Below, piece after piece: positions 28,181-37,451 of a stretch of 64,000 nucleotides of DNA (position 1 is its first letter; each line of letters begins with the position of its first letter). Source of the DNA: an uncultured Verrucomicrobia subdivision 3 bacterium. Lineage in GTDB: Bacteria; Verrucomicrobiota; Verrucomicrobiia; Limisphaerales; UBA11358. The translations under genes were made by a program, and so were the position numbers. The DNA lies in assembly GCA_903850425.1 (NCBI GenBank), contig CAINLR010000056.1:1918-65917 (forward strand). The letters run 5' to 3'. Under the pieces are notes generated by a model. That model worked only from the letters and a program-made list of their open reading frames with translations, was not told the DNA's origin and searched no databases.

Positions 28181-29542
28181 TCAAAACTCCGCGCTGCCCG
28201 GCGTGCGGGCGAACGGAATCACGTCGCGGATGTTGCTCACGCCGCTCAAAAACATCAGCAGTCGCTCGAAGCCCAGCCCGAAGCCCGCGTGCGGCACGGT
28301 GCCGTATTTCCGCAGGTCGGCATACCAGGAATAATCCGCCGGCGTCAGTTGGTGAAAGGCCATCTGCGCGGCCAGGATGTCGGGCCGCTCTTCGCGTTGC
28401 GCGCCGCCAATGACTTCGCCGATGCCCGGCACCAGCACGTCCATCGCGGTCACGGTCTGGCCGTCGTCGTTCACGCGCATGTAGAACGGCTTGATGGCGC
28501 GCGGATAGTTGAACACGGTGGTGGGCGATTTGAAATGTTCCTCGGTGAGAAAGCGTTCGTGCTCGGATTGCAGGTTTTGTCCGGGCGCGACGGGGTATTC
28601 AAATTTCTTGCCGGATTTCAACAGGATGTCCACGGCGTCGGCGTAGGGCACGCGGACGAACGGGCGTTCGAGGACGAACTTGAGCCGCTCGTTCAGGCCC
28701 TTGTCCACGAACTTGCCGAAGAACGCCATGTCTTCGGGGCAATGCTCGAGCGCGTATTTGGCGAGCGACTTGATGAACAGCTCGGCGAGGTCCATGTCGC
28801 CCGCGAGATCGCAGAAGGCCATCTCGGGTTCGATCATCCAGAATTCGGCGGCGTGGCGGGCGGTGTTGGAATTTTCCGCGCGGAACGTGGGGCCGAAGGT
28901 GTAGATGTTCGAGAGCGCGCAGGCGAAGATTTCGCCTTCGAGCTGGCCGCTGACGGTGAGGTAGGTTTTCTTGCCGAAGAAATCGTGCTCGGGTTTGTCG
29001 TCGGGTTTGCCCTTGAGCGTGGTCACGCGGAACATTTCACCCGCGCCCTCGCAATCGCTCGCGGTGATGATGGGCGTGTGGACATAGACGAAGTCGCGGC
29101 TCTGGAAAAATTCGTGAACGGCGAACGCGAGCTTGCTGCGCAGGCGGAAGATCGCGCCGTAAAGATTCGAACGCGGCCGCAGATGGGCGATGCTGCGCAT
29201 GAATTCGGGTGTGTGGCCTTTTTTCTGGAGCGGATAGGTGGCGTCCGCAATGCCGATGAGTTCCAGCTTGGTGGCGTGGAGTTCCCATTTCTGGCCCTGC
29301 GCCGGCGAGGGCACGAGTTTGCCGGTGACGATGGCAGACGCGCCGGTGGTGAACTGCAAAATATGTTCATAGCCGGGCGTGGCGGCGTCCACGACGCACT
29401 GGAGATTGGCGAGGCAGGAGCCGTCATTAAGTTCGAGGAACGAAAAACCTTTCGAGTCGCGCCGGGTGCGGACCCAGGCTTTAACGACGACGGAATCATT
29501 TGGTTCGGTGGCTGCGAGGATGTGCTTGATCAGTGTGCGCAT
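28181..29542 (-). CDS. asnS: asparagine--tRNA ligase
   Basis: From ATG 29542: OB-fold N-terminus [25 protein letters not shown], and class II motifs [24 protein letters not shown] and GFGLGFERL. Confidence 0.9.
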   Translation of the reverse strand: MRTLIKHILAATEPNDSVVVKAWVRTRRDSKGFSFLELNDGSCLANLQCVVDAATPGYEHILQFTTGASAIVTGKLVPSPAQGQKWELHATKLELIGIADATYPLQKKGHTPEFMRSIAHLRPRSNLYGAIFRLRSKLAFAVHEFFQSRDFVYVHTPIITASDCEGAGEMFRVTTLKGKPDDKPEHDFFGKKTYLTVSGQLEGEIFACALSNIYTFGPTFRAENSNTARHAAEFWMIEPEMAFCDLAGDMDLAELFIKSLAKYALEHCPEDMAFFGKFVDKGLNERLKFVLERPFVRVPYADAVDILLKSGKKFEYPVAPGQNLQSEHERFLTEEHFKSPTTVFNYPRAIKPFYMRVNDDGQTVTAMDVLVPGIGEVIGGAQREERPDILAAQMAFHQLTPADYSWYADLRKYGTVPHAGFGLGFERLLMFLSGVSNIRDVIPFARTPGSAEF

Positions 29543-29590
29543 AACGAATGGGGGAATCTTGCGCGGCGAGGGCTGATTGAACAAGAAATT

Positions 29591-29719
29591 TTAACCACGG
29601 ATGGACACGGATGGACACGGATGATGGGGAAAGGGCCTTGCTCCGAAGGGCCCGAATCTATGAGCCATTGCAGCAGTCCGTGTTCTGATCCGTGTTTATC
29701 TGTGGCCATCCGTGGTTAA
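29591..29719. repeat. ~130-bp imperfect palindrome built from CCACGGATGGACACGGATG units
   Basis: The left arm is TTAACCACGGATGGACACGGATGGACACGGATG. The reverse complement of the right arm is TTAACCACGGATGGCCACAGATAAACACGGATC. There is a central GGGCC..GGCCC hairpin. It lies between the divergent starts of asnS and gatA. Confidence 0.7.
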
Positions 29720-29775
29720 GTCCGTGGTAAAATTCTTTTCCTTTCCCACGCATCCGGCTAATTTTTGCGGACAAC

Positions 29776-31245
29776 ATGCTGAATCAACTGACCATTTCCG
29801 AACTCACGGCGCGGCTCGCCCGCCGCGAGGTTTCCTCGCGCGAGGCTGTGCAGTCGTGCCTCGACCAGATCGCCCGCGTGGACGGACAAATTCACGCCTT
29901 CATCAGCCACGACGCCGCGGATGCGCTCGCGCAGGCGGACGCGGCGGATCAACTGCTTGCTCAAGGCGGCGGCGGCGCAAGCCGTCCGTTGCTCGGCGTG
30001 CCGATCGCTGTGAAGGATGTGCTCGCGGTCAAAGGCCAACCGCTGAACTGCGCCTCAAAAATTCTCGGCAACTTCATTTCGCCCTACGACGCCACGGTGA
30101 TTGAAAAGCTCAAAGCGGCGGGCGCGGTTGTTTTTGGCCGCTTGAACATGGATGAATTTGCGATGGGCAGCTCGACGGAAAATTCCGCGTTCGGCCTCAC
30201 GCGCAATCCGTGGGACGTCACGCGCATTCCGGGCGGCTCGTCCGGCGGTTCGGCGGCGGCGGTCACGGCAGACGAGTGCATCGCGTCGCTCGGCACGGAT
30301 ACCGGCGGCTCGGTGCGCCAGCCGGCGGCTTTGTGTGGATGTGTGGGCTTGAAGCCGACTTACGGCCGCGTGTCGCGCTACGGTCTCGTGGCGTATGCGA
30401 GCTCGCTGGATCAAATCGGCCCGATGACCAAGGACGTGCGCGACGCGGCGACCCTGCTCGGCGTGATCAGCGGCGTGGATCAGCGCGATTCCACCAGCGT
30501 CCCGGAACCGGTGCCGAACTACGTCGCGGCGCTCGACGGCAAAATCAAAGGCCTGAAACTCGGCCTACCCAAGGAATACATGGTCGGCGGACTCGACGCG
30601 GAAGTAAAAGCGGCCGTAGATGCCGCCGTGAAACAATACGAAAAGCTTGGCGCGGAGATCGTGGAAATTTCCCTGCCGCACACGGACTACGCGATTGCGA
30701 CTTACTACATCATCGCCACCGCCGAGGCGTCGGCAAATCTGGCGCGCTTCGACGGCATCCGTTACGGCGCGCGGGTGGAAGGCAACGATCCGATTGAACT
30801 GTATTCCAAGACGCGCGGCGCAGGCTTTGGTGCGGAGGTGAAACGAAGAATTATTCTCGGCACCTATGTTCTGAGCAGCGGCTATTACGACGCGTATTAT
30901 TTGCGCGCCCAAAAAGTCCGCACCCTCATCCGCAACGATTTTCTCAAGGCATATGAAACTGTGGATGCGATCATCACACCGACCACGCCGACGGCCGCGT
31001 TCAAGGCGGGCGAAAAATCCGATGATCCGCTGCAAATGTATTTGTCCGACATCTTCACGATCTCCTGCAATCTCGCGGGCATCTGCGGCGTGAGCCTCCC
31101 ATGCGGCTTCACACAAAATCCGAAACTGCCCATCGGCCTGCAACTCCTCGGCAAGCCGTTTGGCGAAGAAACACTTTTGAAAATCGCCCACGCTTACGAG
31201 CAAAGCACGACTTGGCATCGGGAGAAACCCACCTTGGGGCATTGA
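29776..31245 (+). CDS. gatA: Asp-tRNA(Asn)/Glu-tRNA(Gln) amidotransferase subunit A
   Basis: Amidase signature [11 protein letters not shown] and [13 protein letters not shown]. Full-length 489 aa, colinear with GatA. Confidence 0.95.
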   Translation: MLNQLTISELTARLARREVSSREAVQSCLDQIARVDGQIHAFISHDAADALAQADAADQLLAQGGGGASRPLLGVPIAVKDVLAVKGQPLNCASKILGNFISPYDATVIEKLKAAGAVVFGRLNMDEFAMGSSTENSAFGLTRNPWDVTRIPGGSSGGSAAAVTADECIASLGTDTGGSVRQPAALCGCVGLKPTYGRVSRYGLVAYASSLDQIGPMTKDVRDAATLLGVISGVDQRDSTSVPEPVPNYVAALDGKIKGLKLGLPKEYMVGGLDAEVKAAVDAAVKQYEKLGAEIVEISLPHTDYAIATYYIIATAEASANLARFDGIRYGARVEGNDPIELYSKTRGAGFGAEVKRRIILGTYVLSSGYYDAYYLRAQKVRTLIRNDFLKAYETVDAIITPTTPTAAFKAGEKSDDPLQMYLSDIFTISCNLAGICGVSLPCGFTQNPKLPIGLQLLGKPFGEETLLKIAHAYEQSTTWHREKPTLGH

Positions 31246-31338
31246 GGCAATCAATAGCAGTCTTCTTTTTTCAATTGCTGTGTGCGTGTAAGGTTTTATT
31301 ACATTGGCGACAGACAACCGCTCATCCACTAATATGGC

Positions 31339-32277
31339 ATGCTTATGAAACGATTTTTTCCGCCGTTGTTGGGGCTCGCCCTGGCTTGGACTTCGATCGG
31401 CTGTTCTTTCAATCGGCTGGTGGTCAACAAAGTTGGCGACGCCTTGTCTGGCGGCGGCACGACGTTCGCGGCCGACGACGATCCGGAATTGGTGAAGGCC
31501 GCCGTGCCTTTCAGCCTGAAGCTCATGGAGAGCCTGCTGGCCGAAAGCCCGAAGCATCAGGGACTGCTCCTCGCGCTGAGCAGCGGTTTCACGGAATACG
31601 GCTACGCCTTCGTGCAGCAGGAATCGGAGGAGATTGAATCCGGCGATCTCGCGAAGTCGCGCGAGCTACAGGCACGCGCCCTGCGGCTCTACCTCCGCGC
31701 CCGCGATTACGGCCTGCGCGGTTTGGAAGTGCGTCATGCCGGTTTCGGCGCGCAACTCAAAGCGAATCCCAAATATGCCGTGGCGAAGCTGACCAAAAAG
31801 GACGTGCCGCAACTCTACTGGACGGCAGCGTCATGGGCGGCGGCGGTGGCGCTCTCCAAAGACAACCCAGATTTCGTCGCCGACCTGCCGAAGATCGAGG
31901 CGATGATTGACCGGGCGCTCGCGCTGGATGAATCATGGAACGGCGGGGCAATCCATGGTTTCCTCGTCACGTTTGAAATGAGCCGGGCGACCGGTGAAGG
32001 CGATCCGGCGGCACGGGCCAAGAAACACTTTGATCGCGCGCTGGAACTGGGCAAAGGCAAAGCGGCCGGGCCATTCGTGAGCTACGCGGAGTCCGTCTGC
32101 ATTCAAGCCGAGGACCGCGCGCAGTTTGAGAAGCTGCTCAAGGAAGCGCTCGCCATCAATCCCGACAACGACCCGCCGTCGCGCCTCGAAAACCTCATCA
32201 TGCAGCGCCGCGCCCGCTGGCTGCTGTCGCGCGTGGATAAACTTTTCCTCCCGCCGCTCGATCCGAACCAAAAATAA
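31339..32277 (+). CDS. TRAP-transporter-associated TPR lipoprotein, TatT family
   Basis: Lipobox LALAWTSIGC, then NKVGDALSGGGTTFAADDDPELVKAAVPFSLKLMESLL and a helical-repeat body, as in Treponema TatT-type (TPAT) systems. It directly precedes the TRAP genes. Confidence 0.7.
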   Translation: MLMKRFFPPLLGLALAWTSIGCSFNRLVVNKVGDALSGGGTTFAADDDPELVKAAVPFSLKLMESLLAESPKHQGLLLALSSGFTEYGYAFVQQESEEIESGDLAKSRELQARALRLYLRARDYGLRGLEVRHAGFGAQLKANPKYAVAKLTKKDVPQLYWTAASWAAAVALSKDNPDFVADLPKIEAMIDRALALDESWNGGAIHGFLVTFEMSRATGEGDPAARAKKHFDRALELGKGKAAGPFVSYAESVCIQAEDRAQFEKLLKEALAINPDNDPPSRLENLIMQRRARWLLSRVDKLFLPPLDPNQK

Positions 32278-32284
32278 TTTACCT

Positions 32285-33301
32285 ATGAAAAAGTTATTGC
32301 TCCTCGCTTCCGCCCTCGCCTTCGCCGCGCCGCTGTTCGCGGCCGAACCCGCCGTCACGCTGCATGTCGCCACCATTGCGCCGCGCGGTTCGTCATTCCA
32401 CAAGCATTTCCAAGCAATGGGCGAGCAATGGAAAGCCGCGCCCGGCGGCGGCGTGGCGCTGGATATTTACCCTGGCACGCAGGGCGGCGAGCCGACCATT
32501 GTCCGCCGCATGAATCCACGCGTGGCGCAGCTCGACGGTGCCATGCTCACCGCGCTCGGCATCCAACAGATTGACCCGGAAGTCACCGCGCTACAGTTAA
32601 TGCCAATGATGTTCCGCTCGTGGGACGAGGTGGATTTCGTCCGCGAACGCCTGCGCCCGCGGTTGGAGAAAAAACTTTACGACAAGGGCTACGTCGTCTT
32701 GTTCTGGGCGGACGGCGGCTGGGTGCGCTGGTTTTCCAAGACCCCGATCATTCATCCCGCCGACTTGAAGCCGATGAAGGTCTTCGCCGCCTCCGGCGAT
32801 CCCAAAGCGGTCGAGATGATGAAAGACTATTACAATCCCATCGTGCTCGAATCGGACAAAATCATCACCAGTTTGCAGACGGACATGATCAACACCGTGC
32901 CGATCCCGCCGTTCCTCGCCAACTTCCTGCAAGTCTCGTCGCAGACCGGTCACATGCTGGACATGAACTACTGTCCGGTCGTGGGCGCGATGGTCCTCAC
33001 GCGCCGAGCCTGGGACAAACTGGCGCCCGAGACGCAGGCGTTTCTGCGCAAAACCTCCGAGGCCGCGGGCGCGGAAATCCGCCGCGCCAGCCGCGAGGAG
33101 GATCTCGCCGCGATCAAGACGATGAGCGAGAAACAGAATTTGCAGGTGCATCAACTGACCCCGGAAATCCAGCAGGAATGGGAGCGGGGGATTGAAAAAC
33201 TTTATCCCAAACTGCGCGGCGAGGTTGTGCCGGCCGATCTCTTTGACGAAGTGGTGGCGGCGCTGAAGGAATACCGCGCTTCGCATCCTCCTGCCAAGTG
33301 A
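32285..33301 (+). CDS. TRAP transporter substrate-binding protein (DctP family)
   Basis: From ATG 32285 there is a signal peptide MKKLLLLASALAFAAPLFA. Size (~338 aa) and position before the fused DctQM permease fit this family. Confidence 0.8.
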   Translation: MKKLLLLASALAFAAPLFAAEPAVTLHVATIAPRGSSFHKHFQAMGEQWKAAPGGGVALDIYPGTQGGEPTIVRRMNPRVAQLDGAMLTALGIQQIDPEVTALQLMPMMFRSWDEVDFVRERLRPRLEKKLYDKGYVVLFWADGGWVRWFSKTPIIHPADLKPMKVFAASGDPKAVEMMKDYYNPIVLESDKIITSLQTDMINTVPIPPFLANFLQVSSQTGHMLDMNYCPVVGAMVLTRRAWDKLAPETQAFLRKTSEAAGAEIRRASREEDLAAIKTMSEKQNLQVHQLTPEIQQEWERGIEKLYPKLRGEVVPADLFDEVVAALKEYRASHPPAK

Positions 33302-35136
33302 CCGCGCCATCCCCATCCACGGGTTTGCCCAAGCCGCGTTGGCTGGCGGCGCTGCACCAGGCCGAGAACTGGGTGCTCGTCATCGTGCTTGCCGCGATGG
33401 TGCTGCTGCCCGTGTCCGAAGTGTTGCGGCGCATGGGCGTGCCGACGCACATCAAGGGCGCGGATGAATTTCTACGGCACATGACGCTCATCGCCGGGAT
33501 GCTCGGTGGCATGATCGCCGCGCGCGAGAACCGGCTGCTCGCGCTCTCCAGCCTGCCGCAATTTCTCACCGGCTGGAAAAAGCGGATTGCCGCGCAAGTG
33601 GCGGGCATTTTTTCCGCGCTCGCCACACTCTGCCTCGCCTGGGCCGCGGAACAGTTTGTTCTCGGCGAACGCGACTCGGGCACCAAACTCGCCTACGACA
33701 TTCCGACTTGGTGGATTCAACTCTCGCTGCCAATCGGCTTTGGCGTCATCGTCCTGCGCCTGCTCTGGCATTCGGCAACCTCGTGGCGCGGACGTTCGCT
33801 GGCCGTCGCCCTGACCATGATTGCCGGATGGCTGGTCATGCATCCGCCGCTCGCAACGGAAAAGCTCGTCGTCCCCGCGCTGGTGCTGCTGGTCATTGCC
33901 ACCGTGTTGGGCGCGCCGATTTTTGTGACGCTCGGCGGCACAGCGGCGATTCTATTCTGGGGCCGCGGCCAGCCGCTCGCCTCGCTGGAAGTGGACCACT
34001 ACGATCAAGTCACCAACCCAATCCTTTCGATGGTTCCGCTGTTCACGCTGGCCGGATATTTCCTCGCCGAAAGCGGCGCATCAAAGCGACTCGTGCGCGT
34101 CTTCATGGCGTGGTTCGGCCACATTCGCGGCGGCCCGGCGATCGTCACCGCGCTGGTCTGCGCCTTCTTCACCACGTTCACCGGCGGCTCCGGCGTCACC
34201 ATTCTGGCGTTGGGCGCGATGCTGCTGCCGGTTCTGGCAGCGGCTAAATTTTCTGAAAAGCACGCGCTGGGTTTGGTCACGGGCGCGGGCTCGCTGGGAA
34301 TTCTTTTTCCACCGTGCCTGCCGCTAATTCTCTATGCGCTCATCGCGCAAGTGCCGGTGCGCGAGATGTTCCTCGGCGGCATCGTGCCCGGCCTCGTGAT
34401 GGTGGCGCTGGTGATCGCGTGGGGCGTGTGGATGGGCCGGCACGACAACACCGAGCGGCAGCCGTTTGATTTCCGCGAAGCGCGCCTGGCGGTCTGGGAC
34501 GCGAAATGGGAACTGCTCCTGCCCGTCGTCGCTTTCGTCACCTTCTTCAGCAAGTTCGCCCTGCCCACTGAGGCGGCGGCCGTCACGGCGCTCTACGCGC
34601 TGTTCACGCAGACCATCGTGCATCGCGATCTGAAAATTTTCCGCGACGTGCCGCGCGTCACCGCCGAATGCGGCCTGCTCGTCGGCGGCATCCTGCTCAT
34701 TCTCGGCACGGCGATGGGCTTCACCAATTTCCTCATCACCGAGCACGCGCCGGAAAAACTCGTGGACTGGGCCACGGCCACAATCCATTCGCCGTGGATT
34801 TTCCTGCTGGGGCTGAACCTCGTGCTCATCCTCGTCGGCGGGCTGATCGAGATTTACGCGGCCATCGTGGTGGTGGTGCCGCTGCTCGTGCCGGTGGGCG
34901 CGGCGTTCGGCATTGACCCGGTGCATCTCGGCATCATCTTCCTCGCGAACATGGAACTGGGCTACCTCGCGCCACCCGTCGGCCTCAACCTGCTGCTCGC
35001 GTCGTATCGCTTCAACAAGCCCATCCTCACCGTGATGCGCGCGGTGATCCCGATGCTGCTGGTGCAATTCATCGGCGTGCTGCTCATCACCTACATCCCG
35101 CCACTGACGACCTGGCTGCCGCGACTTTTCAAATAG
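33298..35136 (+). CDS. TRAP transporter fused small/large permease (DctQ-DctM)
   Basis: 612-aa polytopic protein. The GTG start overlaps the preceding stop (GTGA). The N-terminal ~170 aa are DctQ-like and the remainder DctM-like (GGSGVTILALGAMLLP, LAPPVGLNL). Confidence 0.85.
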   Translation: MTAPSPSTGLPKPRWLAALHQAENWVLVIVLAAMVLLPVSEVLRRMGVPTHIKGADEFLRHMTLIAGMLGGMIAARENRLLALSSLPQFLTGWKKRIAAQVAGIFSALATLCLAWAAEQFVLGERDSGTKLAYDIPTWWIQLSLPIGFGVIVLRLLWHSATSWRGRSLAVALTMIAGWLVMHPPLATEKLVVPALVLLVIATVLGAPIFVTLGGTAAILFWGRGQPLASLEVDHYDQVTNPILSMVPLFTLAGYFLAESGASKRLVRVFMAWFGHIRGGPAIVTALVCAFFTTFTGGSGVTILALGAMLLPVLAAAKFSEKHALGLVTGAGSLGILFPPCLPLILYALIAQVPVREMFLGGIVPGLVMVALVIAWGVWMGRHDNTERQPFDFREARLAVWDAKWELLLPVVAFVTFFSKFALPTEAAAVTALYALFTQTIVHRDLKIFRDVPRVTAECGLLVGGILLILGTAMGFTNFLITEHAPEKLVDWATATIHSPWIFLLGLNLVLILVGGLIEIYAAIVVVVPLLVPVGAAFGIDPVHLGIIFLANMELGYLAPPVGLNLLLASYRFNKPILTVMRAVIPMLLVQFIGVLLITYIPPLTTWLPRLFK

Positions 35137-35164
35137 TTGGTTGTTTCCTGCGCGGCTGAAAAAA

Positions 35165-35197
35165 TCCGTGTGCATCCGTGTCCATCCGTGGTTAAAC
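35165..35197. repeat. solo half-copy of the CCACGGATGG repeat
   Basis: ATCCGTGTGCATCCGTGTCCATCCGTGGTTAAA ends 10 nt before the gatB start codon. No partner arm is visible upstream. Confidence 0.6.
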
Positions 35198-35206
35198 TTT
35201 TCCTGC

Positions 35207-36700
35207 ATGGAATACGAAGCTGTCATCGGTCTGGAAACGCACGTCCAGCTCAACACAAAATCGAAGATGTGGTGCGGTTGCGCGAACCAATACGGTTCCG
35301 AGCCGAACACCAACGTCTGTCCCGTCTGCCTCGGCCTGCCCGGCGTGCTGCCTGTGCCGAACGACGAGGCGCTCCGCAAAACCGTGCTCACCGGCTATCT
35401 CCTGAACTGCGAGATCCCGCGTTTCGCGAAGTTTGATCGCAAGAGTTATTTCTACCCGGACATGCCCAAGAATTACCAGCTCACCCAATACGACAAACCC
35501 TCCACCGCGAATGGCTTCGTGGAGTTTGCATTCAACGGTGCCGGTTCGGTTGACGGCTTGGCCCGTGTCCGCATCACCCGTGCGCACTTGGAAGAGGACG
35601 TAGGCAAGAGCACGCACTTTGACCGTCACAGCGGTCTCGATTTCAATCGCGCCGGCGTGCCGCTCATGGAAATTGTTTCCGAACCGGATATCACGAGCGC
35701 CGAGATGGCTTATGCGTATCTGAACGCGCTCACCGAAATTTTGCATCAAGGTGGCGTGAGCGATTGCGACATGGAAAAAGGCATGGTGCGCTGCGATGTG
35801 AACATCAGCGTGCGGCCCGTCGGCACGAAAGAACTCGGCGCGAAGATCGAGATCAAAAACATGAACAGCTTCTCCGGCGTGCGTCGCGCGGCGGAGTATG
35901 AGATTGCGCGCCAGATCGAAGTGGTGAAGCGTGGCGACAAGCTCATCCAATCCACGCGCCGCTGGGACGACGTCGCGGGCATCACCGAACAGATGCGCAC
36001 GAAGGAAGACGCGCATGATTACCGCTATTTTCCCGATCCGGACCTGATGCCGCTCGCGCCGACCGATGCCTGGCTCGCGGAAGTGCAATCGCTGGTGGTC
36101 GAGCTGCCGCTGGCTCGCAAGCAGCGTTTCATCCGTGATTACCAATTGCCCGCCGGTGACGCGGAGGTTTTTAAAAGCAACGTCGCGCTGGGAAATTATT
36201 TCGAGGGCATCGCCAAGCAGTCGAAGAATCCAAAAGCCGTGGCGAATTGGATCATCAACAATCTCCTTTCCAAGCTGGCCGAGGCCAACGGACGCGAGAA
36301 AGCCGAGCAAGGCGCGTTGGGACTTGAGGCCGCTGACCTGAAGCTGACTTCGCTCGCGGATTTGAAATTCAAACCGGCAGCGCTGTTGGAATTGGTTAAT
36401 TTGGTGGAGGCCAAAACCATCAGCAATTCCGCCGCGCAACAGGTGTTTGCCGAAATGTTTGAAAGCGGCAAAGTGCCGGCCGTCATCGTGCAGGAAAAAG
36501 GTCTGGCCCAAGTCAGCGACACTGGCGCGATTGAAAAGTTCTGCGACGAAGCCATCGCCGCCAATCCCGCGCCCGTGGCGGATTACAAAGCCGGCAAAGT
36601 CGCCGCGCTCAATTCGCTCAAGGGCCAGGTGATGAAGCTCTCCAAAGGCAAGGCCAACCCCGCGCTCGTCGGTGAGATTCTCGAGCGGAAGTTGAAGTGA
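35207..36700 (+). CDS. gatB: Asp-tRNA(Asn)/Glu-tRNA(Gln) amidotransferase subunit B
   Basis: MEYEAVIGLETHVQLNTKSKMWCGC...CPVCLGLPGVLPV...RAHLEEDVGK, with the C-terminal YqeY-like tail. The track ORF starts at 35141 inside the repeat; ATG 35207 is preferred. Confidence 0.95.
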   Translation: MEYEAVIGLETHVQLNTKSKMWCGCANQYGSEPNTNVCPVCLGLPGVLPVPNDEALRKTVLTGYLLNCEIPRFAKFDRKSYFYPDMPKNYQLTQYDKPSTANGFVEFAFNGAGSVDGLARVRITRAHLEEDVGKSTHFDRHSGLDFNRAGVPLMEIVSEPDITSAEMAYAYLNALTEILHQGGVSDCDMEKGMVRCDVNISVRPVGTKELGAKIEIKNMNSFSGVRRAAEYEIARQIEVVKRGDKLIQSTRRWDDVAGITEQMRTKEDAHDYRYFPDPDLMPLAPTDAWLAEVQSLVVELPLARKQRFIRDYQLPAGDAEVFKSNVALGNYFEGIAKQSKNPKAVANWIINNLLSKLAEANGREKAEQGALGLEAADLKLTSLADLKFKPAALLELVNLVEAKTISNSAAQQVFAEMFESGKVPAVIVQEKGLAQVSDTGAIEKFCDEAIAANPAPVADYKAGKVAALNSLKGQVMKLSKGKANPALVGEILERKLK

Positions 36701-36703
36701 AGC

Positions 36704-37393
36704 TCACGGTTTCTTTTCCCGCCATTTTCGCGCTTTCTCCTCCAAGTCGCGTCGTTCTTCGAGAGTGATCTGCCCCAGATACTCCTCGCGGCCACCTTCT
36801 TTGCACCACCAGTTGAGCATTTTCAGCATGTCCGGCTGGTCGCGAAAATGGTTTGGTTCGGTTCGTTCGATGTCCTCAAAGGCGAGCATGATGTGAGCGC
36901 ATTGCCGCACGATGGACCGGCGCAATTCGGCGGTGTGCGCCAGCCAGTGAAATTCATGCTGTTCCCACAACTCGCCGAATTGCACGTCCGATTCGCCCGC
37001 CGCAATTCCCAATTCATCAAGTTGCCGCGTCAACAGCGGTTCGTCGCCGACATTCGATTTATGGTCATTCAGGTGCTGCCGCCGGCGCGCTACTTCCGTG
37101 AGGATCTTGACGCGTCGGGGCACGTCAATTCTCTCGGCCGCCGGCCGCTCGCCCGGCGGCAGGACGGGCGGTTCCCCTTCGATTTGCCGGGAGCGCCACC
37201 AACCTTCGTAGAACGGTGTGCCCGCATGTTGTTCCATGAGCAAATCCATTATTGACATGGCCCGGTTGCACTCGGTCAGCAAACCATCCACCGGCAAACC
37301 TTTCTGATCGGTTTCCTGAATTCGTTGGATCAGTTCACTCATTCGCGCATTTAACAGCGGAAACGTCCATTGGGAATAATCTTCAGGTTTCAT
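36704..37393 (-). CDS. hypothetical protein (229 aa)
   Basis: Intact ORF with coding-like composition, convergent with gatB (3-nt gap). No motif recognised. Confidence 0.5.
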   Translation of the reverse strand: MKPEDYSQWTFPLLNARMSELIQRIQETDQKGLPVDGLLTECNRAMSIMDLLMEQHAGTPFYEGWWRSRQIEGEPPVLPPGERPAAERIDVPRRVKILTEVARRRQHLNDHKSNVGDEPLLTRQLDELGIAAGESDVQFGELWEQHEFHWLAHTAELRRSIVRQCAHIMLAFEDIERTEPNHFRDQPDMLKMLNWWCKEGGREEYLGQITLEERRDLEEKARKWREKKP

Positions 37394-37451
37394 ACATAGG
37401 CCGTGTTGCTGGCTCAGCCTAGAAGACCGGCTGGCGTGGGCAACAAAGAAA

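Noticed and set aside
28076-29719. 547-aa + strand ORF
   Set aside because: It is antisense to asnS. Its C-terminus is simply a translation of the intergenic palindromic repeat (..TTDGHGWTRMMGKG..).
34324-35391. 355-aa minus-strand ORF
   Set aside because: It is antisense to the TRAP permease and gatB start. It includes the repeat-derived peptide NHGWTRMHTD.
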